Below, in pieces: positions 24,990 through 36,436 of a stretch of 64,000 bases of DNA (positions are counted from its first letter, which is position 1; every line of letters begins with the position of its first letter). The stretch is taken from the NCBI RefSeq assembly GCF_963921235.1, contig NC_086097.1, positions 26,166,001 to 26,230,000 on the forward strand, written 5' to 3'. The notes under the pieces were generated by a model. That model searched no databases. It was not told the origin of the DNA and saw only the letters and a list, made by a program, of their open reading frames with translations. Source of the stretch: Mobula hypostoma. Taxonomy: Eukaryota. The position numbers and the translations under genes are program-made.

Positions 24990-25675
24990 GATTATGAGAA
25001 CACTCAGTCCTCTTTTATTGTCATTTAGAAATGCATACATGCATTAAGAAATGATACAATGTTTCTCTGGAGTGATATCACAGAAAACAGGTCAGACCAA
25101 AGACTAACACCGACAGAGCTACATAATTATAACATACAGTTACAGCAGTGCAAAACAATACCATAATTTGATGAACATCAGATCATAGGCACAGTAAAAA
25201 AAAAGTCTCAAAGTCCCAAGTCGATCGACTCCCGAGTCCCCGATAGCAGGCGGCAAAAGGGAGAAACTCCCTGCCATAAACCTCCAGGCACCATCAACTT
25301 GCCGATACCTTGAAAGCACCCGACCACAGCCGACACTGAGTCCATCCGTCTGAAAACTCCGAGCTTCCGACTAGCCTTCCGATACAGCCTCCCGAGCACC
25401 ATTCTCTGCCGAGTGCCTTCAACCTCTCCCCAGCCACTGAAACACGCAAAGCCGAGGATTTCGAGGCCTTCAGCTCTGGAGATTCTGGTTACCACACAGT
25501 AGCAGCAGCAGCGAAGTGGGCATTTCAGAAATTTTCCAAATGTTCTTCCGTGCTCTCACGTCTATCTCCATCAAATCAGGATTGTGCACGGTCCCCTACT
25601 TGACAGATAACAGATATCATCACCGAAGTGGCCGCGCACGCTGTCGTTGCACTGCCATCTTCTCCCCCCTCCTGG
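24990..25675 (-). mobile_element. Non-autonomous LINE-like retroposon with CpG-rich 5' end
   Basis: Interrupts a CR1 with GGAGACTTA / GGAGGACTTA on either side. Minus strand starts GGAGAAGATGGCAG and ends with an AATAAAAG...CATAATCT tail. No RT ORF. Confidence 0.6.
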
Positions 25676-26326
25676 GAGGACTTACAAGATTGTTGCCTGG
25701 ATTGGAGAGCGTGCCTTTTGAGAATAGGTCCAGTGAACTTGGCCTTTTCTCCTTGGAGTGACAGAGGATAAGAGGTGACCTGATAGAGGTGTGTAAAATG
25801 ATGAGAGGCATTGATCGTGTGGATAGTCAGAGGCTTTTTCCCAGGGCTGAAATGGCTAACATGAGGGGACATAGTTTTAAGGTGCTTGGTAGCAGGTACA
25901 GAGGAGATGTCAGTGGGAAATTTCTCACACAGAGAGTGTTGGGTGCATGGAATGCACTGCCAGTGACAGTGGTAGAGGCAGGTACAAAAGGGTCTTTGAA
26001 GAGACTCTTAGATAGGTACATGGAGCTTAGAAAAATAGAGGGCTATGCAGTAGGGAAATTCTAAGCAGTTTCTAGAGTAGGTTATTATTGGTCAGCACAA
26101 CATTGTGGGCTGAAGGGCCTGTTCTGTTTTAGATAAAAATGGCTAGACAGGTTCAAACTGACAGGAAAGTGACAGTAACTCAGATAACCATGTGCTACAA
26201 CAGTGGTGTGCTGAAGAGCATCTGTGAATGTTGTAGTAGGCTCCTCAGCCCAATTAGTCCACACTGACTAATATCCCCATCTAAGCTAGTCCCCTTTGCT
26301 CGTATTTGGCCCATGTGCTTCTAAGC

Positions 26327-26407
26327 CAAGGGTTCCCAACTTTTTTTTATGCAATGGACCAATATCATTAAGCAAGGGGTCTATGGACCTCAGGTTGGGA
26401 ACCCCTG
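26327..26407. mobile_element. 81-bp hAT (Charlie-type) MITE
   Basis: TIRs CAAGGGTTCCCAAC / GTTGGGAACCCCTG; flanks TTCTAAGC / CTCTAAAC (6 of 8 match). Confidence 0.8.
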
Positions 26408-26565
26408 CTCTAAACCTTCCTATCTGCTGTGTGTACCTGTCTAAGTACCTTTTAAGTGTTATTAGCGTACCTACCTCAACCATTTCTTCTGGCAACTCAG
26501 TCCATATACTAACCTGGGTGAAAAAGCTGCCCCTGAGCCTCCTATTAAATCTGTTCCTTTCCCTT

Positions 26566-27625
26566 GAGTCAGAATCAGGTTTATAATCACCGGCATGTGT
26601 CATGAAATTTGTTAACTTAGCAGCAGCAGTTCAATGCAATACATAATATAGAAGAAGAAGGAAAAGATAAAATAATAATAAACAAACAAACAACTAAATA
26701 AATTACAGTATGTCTATATTGAATAGATTAAAAATTATGCAAAAAACAGAAATAATATATATTAAAAAAGTGAGATATTATTCACGTTCAATGTCTATTT
26801 AGTCCATTTAGGAATCGGTTGGCAGAGGGAAAGAAGCTGTTTCTGAATCGCTGAGTGTGTGCCTTCAGGCTTCTGTACCTCCTACCTGATGGTAACAGTG
26901 AGAAACGGGCATGCCCTGGGTGCTGGAGGTCCTTAATAATGGATGCTGCCTTTCTGAGACACCGCTTCTTGAAGATGTCCTGGATACTTTGTAGGTTAGT
27001 ATCCAAGATGGAGCCGACTAAATTTATGACCCTGTAGCTTCTTTCAGTCCTGTGCAGTAGCACCCCCCACCCCCATACCAGACAGTGATGCAGCCTGTCC
27101 GAATGCTGTCCACAGTACATCTATAGAAGTTTTTGAGAATATTTGTTGACATACCAAATCTCTTCAAACTCCTAATGAAGTATAATCGCTGTCTTGCCTT
27201 CTTTATAACTGCATCGATATTTTGGGACCAGGTTAGGTCCTCAGAGATCTTGACACCCAGGAACTTGAAACTGCTCACTCTCTCCACTTCTGATCCCTCT
27301 ATGAGGATTGGTATGTGTTCCTTCATCTTACCCTTCTTGAAGTCCACAATCAGCTCTTTCGTCTTACTGATGCTGAGTGCCAGGTTGTTGCTGCAACACC
27401 ACTCCACTAGTTGGTATATCTCACTGCTGTACACCCTCTCGTCTCCATCTGAGATTCTACCAACAATGGTTGTATCAACAGCAGATTTATAGATGGTATT
27501 TGAGCTATGTCTAGCCACACAGTCGTAGGTATAGAGAGAGTAGAGCAGTGGGCTAAGCACACACCCTGAGGTGCACCAGTGTTGGTCGTCAGTGAGGAGA
27601 TGTTATCACCAATCCACACAGATGG
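26566..27625 (-). mobile_element. Rex1/Babar LINE, 5'-truncated
   Basis: ORFs 27024-27560 and 26788-27120 with RT motifs; (TTCTGA)n tail. Confidence 0.9.
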
Positions 27626-28169
27626 GTGTAACTGGGCGGTGTGGGCTCATTGGGACGGAAAGTCCTGTTACTGCACTGTATCTCTAAAAAAATATCTGAG
27701 CAGATGCCCTGACCATGTACTGAGGGAGTGCTTTTCTGTTGCTGTGAATTGAAGAGAGAGTCAAACAAAGGCCTGCTGGTCTGCTACTCAAATGACATCT
27801 CCTGTTACTACTCAAACAAGAGCAGGTGAGCTAGTATCTGGGTCAATATGTGTGCCTCATTCAGTGTCACAAACAGGCCATTTGGTCCTTTTCACAGGAC
27901 TCTTGTTACACAAATTGATTGCTGTCTTTCCTGCTTTACAAATGTGATAGGACTTCAAAACTATTTAAGAGACTAAACCACTTTGGGGCTTTCCACGACC
28001 ATTAAATAGATTATATGAATGCAATGCCTTTCTGTACCTTTGAAAACTGTGTATTAATAATATAACAGCAATATTTAAGCAGTGTTTCCAATCAGTAAGG
28101 AGTTTGTACATACGCCCTGAGATTGCATGGGTTTCCTCCCACATTCCAAAGCTGTTCAGGTTACGATTA

Positions 28170-29529
28170 CAGACATCCCACCCTGCAAAAACTCATTTCA
28201 GGGAGGTAGCACCCCCAACCCCCACAACCCCATATCTCCCCGCCCCCCCCCGTCGACCTCCAAGGGTGTATGTAATACTTTGTTTAGTGATTTTGTCTAA
28301 TCTGTAAACCAAGTTGGGTCTATGCAGAAAATGTGACATTAAATATGTACTTATATTATATTATATTATCATGTTTATTCTATTACAACTTCAAACAAGT
28401 CTATAGAGAGTTTGGCCTCATCACGTAGGACATCAATAGAGTAGCTCCTTAGCAGCTAGCCAGCTAGTTTAAATAACGTTAGCTATGCTAATGAACGAAT
28501 GACACCTGTTAAACTCACCTCAAAATGTCTTTTACATTTTAACCCACCATGGGCAATAGAAAAGTCACTGTCGCAAACAGCGCAGCGAGCAACACTGTCA
28601 TTATTTTTGAGGTTGACTGTAAAGCCCGCCCACAGAGAAAACTGATAGGTCTACTTAGCAGGGGTCCCCAACCTTTTTGCACCGTGGACCGGTTTAATAT
28701 TGACAATATTCTTGCGGACCCGCCGACCGGGGGGGGGGTGTTAATCACGACCGGAATATAGCTGATAAGTCAACTATAAGTCACTTATAAGTGGCTAATA
28801 CACTCAATTTCATTTCTAAAAGGGTTTACCTAATAAATTTAATATTAAACACACAGCGCATATTTGCCTCGTATGAGCATTTAAAATCATTGCAACACAC
28901 CAATATCGCTGAATCAGTGGGAGCCCTGGGCTTGTTTTCCTGCAACAAGACGGTGCCATCGAGGGGTGATGGGAGACAGCGATACTCGAATGGGTTCCTT
29001 ATGTCCAGTCTATTCCTCAATTTAGTTTCTGTTACATTCATCGCAGAAAACTCCGCTTCGCAGAAATATGTTGGAAATGGAAGCAACGTTTTCAGTGCTT
29101 CCGTGGCTTCTCAGGATATTCGCCCTTGACTTTGATCCAGAATGCCAGCAGAGATGTTATGTCAAACATACTTTTCAGCCCGTCATCATTTGCAAACTCG
29201 AGGAGTTGATCTTCGCGCGCTGACATGGATGACGCGCGGGTAATGACCTCGCGCGCGTTCAAGTTCAACAGTCCGCGTGACAGGGAATGAGGAAAGGTGC
29301 AGCTGACTCATATTGTTTCATATCGCTAAATCATATTGTTTCCTCGCAGCCCGGTGGTTGGGGACCACTCTTAGCATGAAGAGAGACCAATCAGGATGCT
29401 CGCTCTCCCCCTCCCTCTCTTTCTCAAAAAAATCTATTTCCGGGATATTGTGTATAATTCCCGGGCATCAGGGAGCCACTATCAATATGAGGGAGACTCC
29501 TGGAACTTCCGGGAGAGGTGGGATGTCTG
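28170..29529. mobile_element. Non-autonomous DNA transposon, hAT-like, with apparent 6-bp TSD
   Basis: Perfect 13-bp TIR CAGACATCCCACC / GGTGGGATGTCTG; flanks CGATTA / CAATTA. Confidence 0.78.
28659..29370 (-). mobile_element. hAT Charlie/Buster-type deletion derivative nested in the previous element
   Basis: TIRs CAGGGGTCCCCAAC / GTTGGGGACCACT; CTTAG on both flanks; C-terminal dimerization remnant LPFPTYFCEAEFSAMNVTETKLRNRLD. Confidence 0.82.
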
Positions 29530-29799
29530 CAATTAGTGAGTTGTGGGGATGCTATGTTGGCATCAGAAGTGTGACAACACTTGTGTGCTGTCTCTAGCAC
29601 AGGTTGTGTTGGTAATTGATGCAAAATAACACATTTCACTGTATGTTTTCATGCTTCAATGTACATGTGACAAATAAAGCCAATTTTTAAAAAAGGAAAT
29701 CTCATCCAACTGTGTCTTCCAGATTTAGCTCACATCAAAGTTATGCCAATTAATTTACTGACCAGTAAGCCTTTGGACAGTGAGAGGAAACGGAGCATG

Positions 29800-30760
29800 C
29801 AGAGAAAACTACTTTCTCCACAGCATCAAGGACATCTTCAAAAGGCAATGCCTCAAAAAGGCAACATGCATCATTGAGGACCCTCATCACCCAGGACATG
29901 CCCTTTGCTCATTGCCACCATCAGGGAGGAGGTACAGGACCTGAAGACACCCACTCAATGTTTTCCGGTTCACTATTTTTTTTCTATTTTTGGTTTACTC
30001 TTTTTTGCACTATTTAATTTAATTTTTAATTTATATATTTCTTATTGTAATTTATAGTTTTATGTATTGTGATGTACTGCTTCTACAAAACAACAAATTT
30101 TACAACTTACTGTTCGTTATGTGCCATGTCTTCATAACATATGCCAGTGATATAAAACCTGATTCTAATTCTGAATTGTTGCTAGTTAATGTCTAGCAAT
30201 CAGTCCTGCTGTTTCAAAGTCAAAATAAATTTATTATCAAATTATGCACAGTATATGTTACTATATACTACTTTGAGATTCATTTTCTTGCAGACATTTA
30301 CAGGAAAATAAAGAAATACAGTAGTATTTATATTTTTAAAAATCTATACATCAACTGACAACCAATGTGCAAAAGAAAACAAATTGAGCAAATAAAAAAT
30401 AATTAATACTGAGAACATGAGTTTTAGAGTTCTTGAAAGTGAGTCCACAGGTTGTGGAATCAGTTCAGAGTTGTGGTGAGTGACACTAGTTCAAGAGTCT
30501 GATGGTTGTAATGTAATAACTGTTCCTGAACGTGGTGGTATGGGATGCAGGGCTCCAGTCCAATGATAAAAGAAAGAAAAGAGCATGGTCTGGATGGAGA
30601 GGATCCTTGATGATGTATGCTGCTCTCTTGTGGCAGTGCTCCTTATAAATATACTCAGTGGTGAGAAAGGCTTTGCCTGTGATAGATTTTGACTGTATCT
30701 TCTGTAGTCTTGTACGTTCCTGGACATGGTATGAGCATACCAGGGGGCATTGCAACCATT
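29800..30760. mobile_element. Two Rex1-type 3' fragments tail-to-tail (29800-30175 plus; 30215-30760 minus)
   Basis: IIKDP.HP.HALF-type coding remnants and family tails. Confidence 0.7.
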
Positions 30761-31474
30761 GACAAATAGTTTGCCATAAATTGTGATAAATTGTATAATG
30801 GCCGTGGTTATTGCAAAATGCCTATGGTTGAATAGCTACTCATCATCAAGGCACCTACATCCATAACAGCTATTTACACGAAGTATCAGTTTGACAGTAA
30901 TAATTAAATTACATGACTACATAAAATGACAAGGAAATGAGAGCGATAATCAGCATAATTGATGAGGAACTCATGCTCATCATCTACGTTATTAAAGCTA
31001 CATGCATGCAAGCACTTCCTTCCATCTCACACAATATGCTTACCGCAATATCTGAGGCAAATGTTTTGTGATAAAATATCTAACAAAACTTTCATTTGGA
31101 AATCTTGGACCAACCACTAAAGGAAAAGCCATGGAAACAGACTATTGTTTATCAGCAGAATAATAATATTTTAAATTCCTAACTCACGGAAGCAGTACAT
31201 CAGGAACTTCCTCAGTATTACTCAGAAGTGACTGTGCGATGTGCAGAAGTAAAAATTAAAATTGTAAATACAGAAGTTGCAGCTGCAGAAATTTCCCAAC
31301 TATTACACCAGCTGAAATCTGTGGACTCTCAGCAAGGGCTTGACAGCCCTTCAAAGTGAGGTGGAGTAAGAAGAAAATTAGTCAGGGGTAGATGAAACTT
31401 GCATATCATGTGTATTGATCAATAGACAACTATTCCTTAATGCTGTTACCCATTTCAGGATGGTTTTATTAATG

Positions 31475-32580
31475 CATCACGTTGAAGGAACAGGGAGATC
31501 TTGGGGTCCACATCCATCAATACCTCAAAGTTGCCTTGCAGGTTGCTAGGGTGGTTAAGAAGGCGTATGGTGTGTTAGCCTTCATTAGTCAGGGAATTGA
31601 GTTCAAGAACTGTAAGGGAAGGTTGCAGCTCTATAAAAAAAATCTGATTAGACCATACTTGGGAGTATTTTGTTCAGTTGTGGTCACCTCATAATAGGAG
31701 GGATGTGGAAAGTATAGAGGGGTAGATTTCTTTACACGGAGGATGGTGGATGTATGGAATACACTGCTGGGGTGGTGGTAGAGGTGGAAACATTAGGGAT
31801 ATTTAAAAGACTCTTACATAGGCACATGGGTGAAAGTGAAATGGAGAGCTATGTAGGAGGGCAGGGTTAGATTGATCTTATGGTAAGTTAAAGGTCAAAA
31901 GGGCCTGTGGTGTGCTGCAGTGTTCTGTGTTCTAACTGATTTGGGAGATACAATTCCAGGAGAAGGCCACTGGAAAAGAAAGCAACTATAAAGATACCAG
32001 GCAGTTTCATTAATATTCTACTTTTGGTTGGTTCTTTAAAGCTACGTACAGCACGATGCAAAGTTTGGATACAAAATTAGTTGGGTGGAAGGAGTCGGAG
32101 GATGGTAGTAAAGGAATGTTTTTCCAGATTGGAGGTCTGTGACCACTGGTGTACTGCGGGGATTGATGCTGGGTCCACTGTTGTTTGTCAAGTATGTTAA
32201 TAATTTGGAATGTAAGTGACTGATTAGCAAATTTGTGGATGATACAAAAGTTGATGGGGTGAAGGAGGTTGTCTAAGGTTACAATAGGATCTAAATCAAT
32301 TTGAAAAGAGAACAAAGATTGGCAACAGGATTTTAACTCAGGCAAGTGTGAAGTGATGCCTTTTGGAAATGTAAACCAAGTCAGAACTTACACAGTAAAG
32401 AATAGGGCTGTGGGGTATGTTTTAGAACAGAGACACCTTGGAGTACAAGGACATAGTTCCTTGAAAGTGGTGACACAGGCAGACAAGACAGTATAGAAGC
32501 TATTTGCCTTCCTTGAACAAGGCACTGAGTATAGGAATTAGGATGGCAAGTTACAGCTATATAAGACGTTGGTGAAACTT
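31475..32580 (+). mobile_element. Degraded CR1 fragments (31475-31935, 32050-32580)
   Basis: EQGDLGVHIH...KKAYGVLAFIS; degraded QG.VLGPLLF and KF.DDTK coding remnants. Confidence 0.75.
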
Positions 32581-33510
32581 TGTAGTTTTGTTCTAATTGT
32601 GTTCTTTCTTGTAAAAAATATGTTTAATTTATGTTTATAAATTTCTTCTGAATGTTTTTATATGATGCTATGTGCCTGTAATGCTGCTACATAAAATTCT
32701 TCAATGCGTTTGTGCAAACACGTAGAGCAAGATTAGCTTTATTTGAGTTATGAGGACAGGCTGGATAGGATGGAAAGGATGGGTTGCTGGCAAGATGGCA
32801 GTGTGCTCAGACACAGCAGCCTCTCTGGGTCCAATTCAAAGTTTCAATTGTACATTCTTTACATCTTTTTCACGATCGCAAGACACTGCTGGATATCAAA
32901 AACAACAGGTTCCACAGGTCTACACAACCAGCGTGTTGCTGGATAATAATGGAGCTGTACTTGCTGTCCACCGTGTTGCAGCCTGCTTCAGCCACCCAGA
33001 GGAGAAGGCGTCAGAGGCAGTGCATAGAGCACAGCCTAACAGTGCAGGTGACTGTCTTGGACATCTTTGTTGTGAGAACAAGACCCAGTTGGACATTAGT
33101 AATGCAGAATACTGCAGGTCCGAATCACTGTTCATTGGTGAGACTGACAGCAAGGGAGCTGCGTGGCCTCATTTGTGGCATGGACCAGGGCCTCAGGGTT
33201 GCCTGTTGTGGCTACAATGAGGTGGCTGTGTGCCACTGGATTCCATGATGGATTTGGGGTTGGCCCATCCCGTCGGTCTGCCTCCAGTGTTCACTCAGTG
33301 GAAGACAAGCTGGACTGCATTCGACTGTGGCTGCACTGCATGGTATGAGGAACTGCTACAGGCTGTTCTTGCAAAAATGTGGCTCCAAGACATAATCCAT
33401 ACACCAGCAATCTACAGGTCATGACGCTCAGGGACTTGGGCTATATTATCATTTTTTAAATATTATATATATTTTTGTAACTGTATGTTTCTTGTGCTAT
33501 CGTAATGATA

Positions 33511-34110
33511 TGAGGTTTCTTCAGGCTCTTATAGCCGGGGGTGATAGTGGGGGTAAGCTCCCACTACCTATTAAATGCTCCCAATGGCATGCATCTCAGA
33601 TAGCCTCTGACAACCAAGTGCAGCTCAGCTCCTGGCCTTCACGTGTAGCTTAGCTACTTACCCTGATGCAACCATTTCTTCTGACAGGAGAAGGGGCAAA
33701 AGTGATACTGGTGCTTTAAAACCAGTCACTTTGGGCATATACGGCTCGTCAGCCATAGTTGGCAGCTCATCTAGGAGAAGGAATACTCTGATCTCAACCC
33801 CCCATTCCCTTGCGGCTATACCCACTCATGGGGAAGGCTTCGGGAGTAAACCCCGAGGGAAAATCCGGAGCCGGACTCCCTAAGGCAGTCCTACATTGAG
33901 TTCAACGCTGACTGGCAACTCCTGCGACGCTGCTGGTGCCAAACTGTATTGGTCTCTGCTGTTCCTTTGGGTTCATCAGCTGTGTGGAGAAAGCTAGACT
34001 GCCACACGGGAAATGGCTTGCTCTCCATATCGTACTGCCCAGGCTTGTGTATCATGTCGACAGCTGGGATGCAACATTCATGGTCGACCCCGACCAACGC
34101 AGGGCCACAA
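33511..34110 (+). mobile_element. Non-autonomous RTE-type retroposon
   Basis: GGAGAAGGAATACTCTGATCTCAAC resembles an RTE 5' UTR motif (from memory); flanks TAATGATA (33503) / TAATCATA (34111); no coding capacity. Confidence 0.6.
33534..33690 (+). ncRNA. Degraded HDV-like ribozyme fold
   Basis: P1 GCCGGGG (33534) / CCCTGAT (33661); P2 CTCCTG (33629) / CAGGAG (33685); P3 GCC / AGC around loop TTCACGTGT; CTGA in J4/2. Order is correct but P1, P3 and P1.1 have mismatches. Confidence 0.5.
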
Positions 34111-34475
34111 TAATCATACACACTTTATGTACTGTGTGCTGTGTGTGTCTGTTGGTACTGTGTTTAGCACCTTGGCCTCAGAGGAACACTATTTTGTTTG
34201 GCTGTATTTGTGTGTGTGGTTGAATGAGAATTAAACTAGAACTTGTATTCCCTGGGCTGAAGGGGTCTGAGGGGTGATCTTGTAGAGGTTAATAAAATCA
34301 TGAAGAGCGTTGATAAGATAGATGGTCGCAACCTATTTCCCAGGCTGGAGAAATTTATAAATAGAGAGAATAAATTTAAGATGACAGGGGAAGGATTTGA
34401 AAAGACCTAAGAAGTACCTTTTTCACACAGTGGGTGTTGGGAATATTAACTTTGTTGCCTGAGGAAGTGGAGGAC

Positions 34476-34775
34476 TACTACATCGACTTAGGCCTAGGGG
34501 GCCGGCGTCGGGCACAACAAGTCAGGGCCTTGCCTTGCTGCTGGTATCACGTAGCCCAGTACTACCTGTCTCGGGTCGGGTTGTCGGCGACTGAACCGGC
34601 ACACCCCCGGTGCACTTCGGTTATCCAGAGAGGAGGGTGTGTAGGCACCCAGCAGGACTAAAAACAAAACCTGTCAAAGGGCGGATGAACTCTTTGTGGG
34701 TCGACGGCCACCTACTGTCTGGGTGAGGAGTGGCGCGCCACACAGTCTTTCCGTTTTGCGCCTTGTAAGGCATAA
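34476..34775. mobile_element. CpG-rich short retroposon (RTE/RTEX-like) inserted in a CR1 3' end
   Basis: Interrupts CR1 tail sequence (34255-34475, 34776-34995). 34716-34770 is similar to the reverse complement of 59630-59690. (CTA)n at the left end. Confidence 0.45.
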
Positions 34776-36328
34776 GAAGTGGAAGAGATGGACACAAGTA
34801 CAATGCTTAAAAGGCATTTGGACAGATACATCGCTAGGAATGGTTGAGAGTAACACAAGTTAAATAAATAAACTGACAAACAAATATATGACTGGATGAA
34901 CGAATAAACAAACAAACAAACAAATAAATAAATGGGATTCAATCAGGAAGGCATCTTGGTCGGCAGGGGTAAATTGGGCTGAATAGTCTGTTTCAGCCCA
35001 CTGAGTCAGCAACAACCATCAGCCACCCTTTTACACTAATTGTCCAATAATCCCAGCAAAGACTCAGCAAATCTATAGAATCCTGTTGTAGTTACTATTC
35101 AGTAGATTTGCAGAGTATGCCCACAAGAAAATGAATCTCAGGGTTGTATATGGTGATATATATGTACTTTGATAATAAATTTACTTTGAACTTTTTTCTC
35201 CACATATCCTTATTAATTCCTCCCAGATTCTACCACTTTCCTACATACTGGACGAAGAGCAATTTATAGAGGTCAAATAACCCAAAGAAACCAGGACACT
35301 TAAGAGGAAAGCCACATGGTCATAGGGAGAACGTGCAGACTCCACACAGACAGAAGCCAAAGTCAGGATTGAATCCATGTCTCTGGCTCTGCAGAGCAGT
35401 AGCATTTCTCATGAACCATTTCCTTGATCTGAGAAAGTCAAGAAGGGAGGTACAGAGAGCTGGCAGCAGAAGTGCTGGTTAATGAAATTATGAAATTTAA
35501 ACACCTTTCCTAAATCAAAACAACAAATGTGGAATCTCTCTGCATTGGGATAATAAGTGGCTGTTTGCCTAGTGGCAGCAAACAATGAGAGATTCACAAC
35601 TGAGAGTCTGCGTTAGAACAAATAAATTTGCCCAGGGAGCTACATTTTAAACAAGTAATCTGGTTCAAGGATGAAGAAACTGGAAAAAAATGTTCACATG
35701 GCACATTGAGCAGACAGTAGTCAGTAGCAGAGATTTTATGTTCTATCTCTGAACCAGAATCAGATTTAATATCACCAGCATAAGTCATGAAATTTGTTAA
35801 CTTTGCAGCAGCAGTATAATACAATACATGATAAACTTTTTAAAAAATGAATTACAGTAAGTATATATATGTATATTAAGTAGTTAAGTCAAAATAAGCA
35901 GTGCAAAAACAGAAATTAAAAGTCTGAGGTAGTGTTCATGGGTTCAATGTCCATTTAGAATGGGTTCAATGTCCATTCTGATGGCAGAGGTGAGGAAGCT
36001 ATTCTTGAATCGCTGAGTGTGAGCCTTCAGACTTCTGTACCTCCTTTCTGATGGTAACAATGAGAAAAGGGCACATCTTGGGTTACATGCGGAAGAAATT
36101 TCACTCTGCTGTAAACACTTCAAATGAGACTCTGGAGAATACATCACATAAGCAAGCATACTCAATCTGTATCAGCAAGAATCCTATGGCACAAGAGGTT
36201 CTCCAGATGCTGGAAATCTTCAGTAACACACCCAAAATGCTGGAAAAAACTCAACAAATCAGGGAGCAAAACACACAAGGAGCTGGAGGAACTCAGCAGG
36301 TCAGGCAGCATCTATGGAGAGGAATAGA

Positions 36329-36366
36329 CAGTCAATGTTTCAGGCTGAGGCCCTTCATCAGGACTG
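36329..36366 (-). ncRNA. Minimal hammerhead motif in the PLE 3' terminal repeat
   Basis: Minus strand CAGTC-CTGATGA-AGGGCCTCAGCCT-GAAA-CA-TT-GACTG. Confidence 0.68.
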
Positions 36367-36436
36367 GAAACAAAGGGGAAAGATGCCAGAATAAGAAGGT
36401 GAGAGGAGAGGAAGGAGTACAAGCTAGAAGCCCAGA

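Larger units (their letters stand above)
24104..26130 (+). mobile_element. CR1 3' fragment interrupted twice (24173-24877 and 24990-25675)
   Basis: Colinear CR1 ORF2 C-terminal pieces ending KMMRGIDRVDSQRLFP...WNALP plus 3' UTR. Confidence 0.8.
16771..26232 (+). mobile_element. Fragmented Tc1-like element (pieces ~16771-17020, ~24012-24103, ~26136-26232)
   Basis: TA-CACTCAGTGGCTAATTTATT start. GATCTCAGAGACTTTGAC..GGAATG.TTGTTGGTGCC, ACAGTCTCTAGAGTTT and ACTCAGATAACC...AAGAGCATCT are colinear pieces resembling a fish Tc1 transposase 5' half. Confidence 0.65.
28092..29690 (+). mobile_element. V-SINE-like SINE split by a DNA transposon (28092-28169 and 29530-29690)
   Basis: GTAAGGAGTTTGTAC...GGGTTTCCTCCCACATTCCAAAG resumes as AGTGAGTTGTGGG...ACATGTGACAAATAAAGC. 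Confidence 0.75.
32788..34245 (+). mobile_element. Internally deleted Rex1-type element (AAGATGGC 5' end, EN remnant, 3' UTR) hosting an RTE-type insertion
   Basis: GCAAGATGGCAG start; VHSVEDKLDCIRL resembles the start of an APE domain; LINE 3' UTR resumes at about 34119. Confidence 0.5.
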
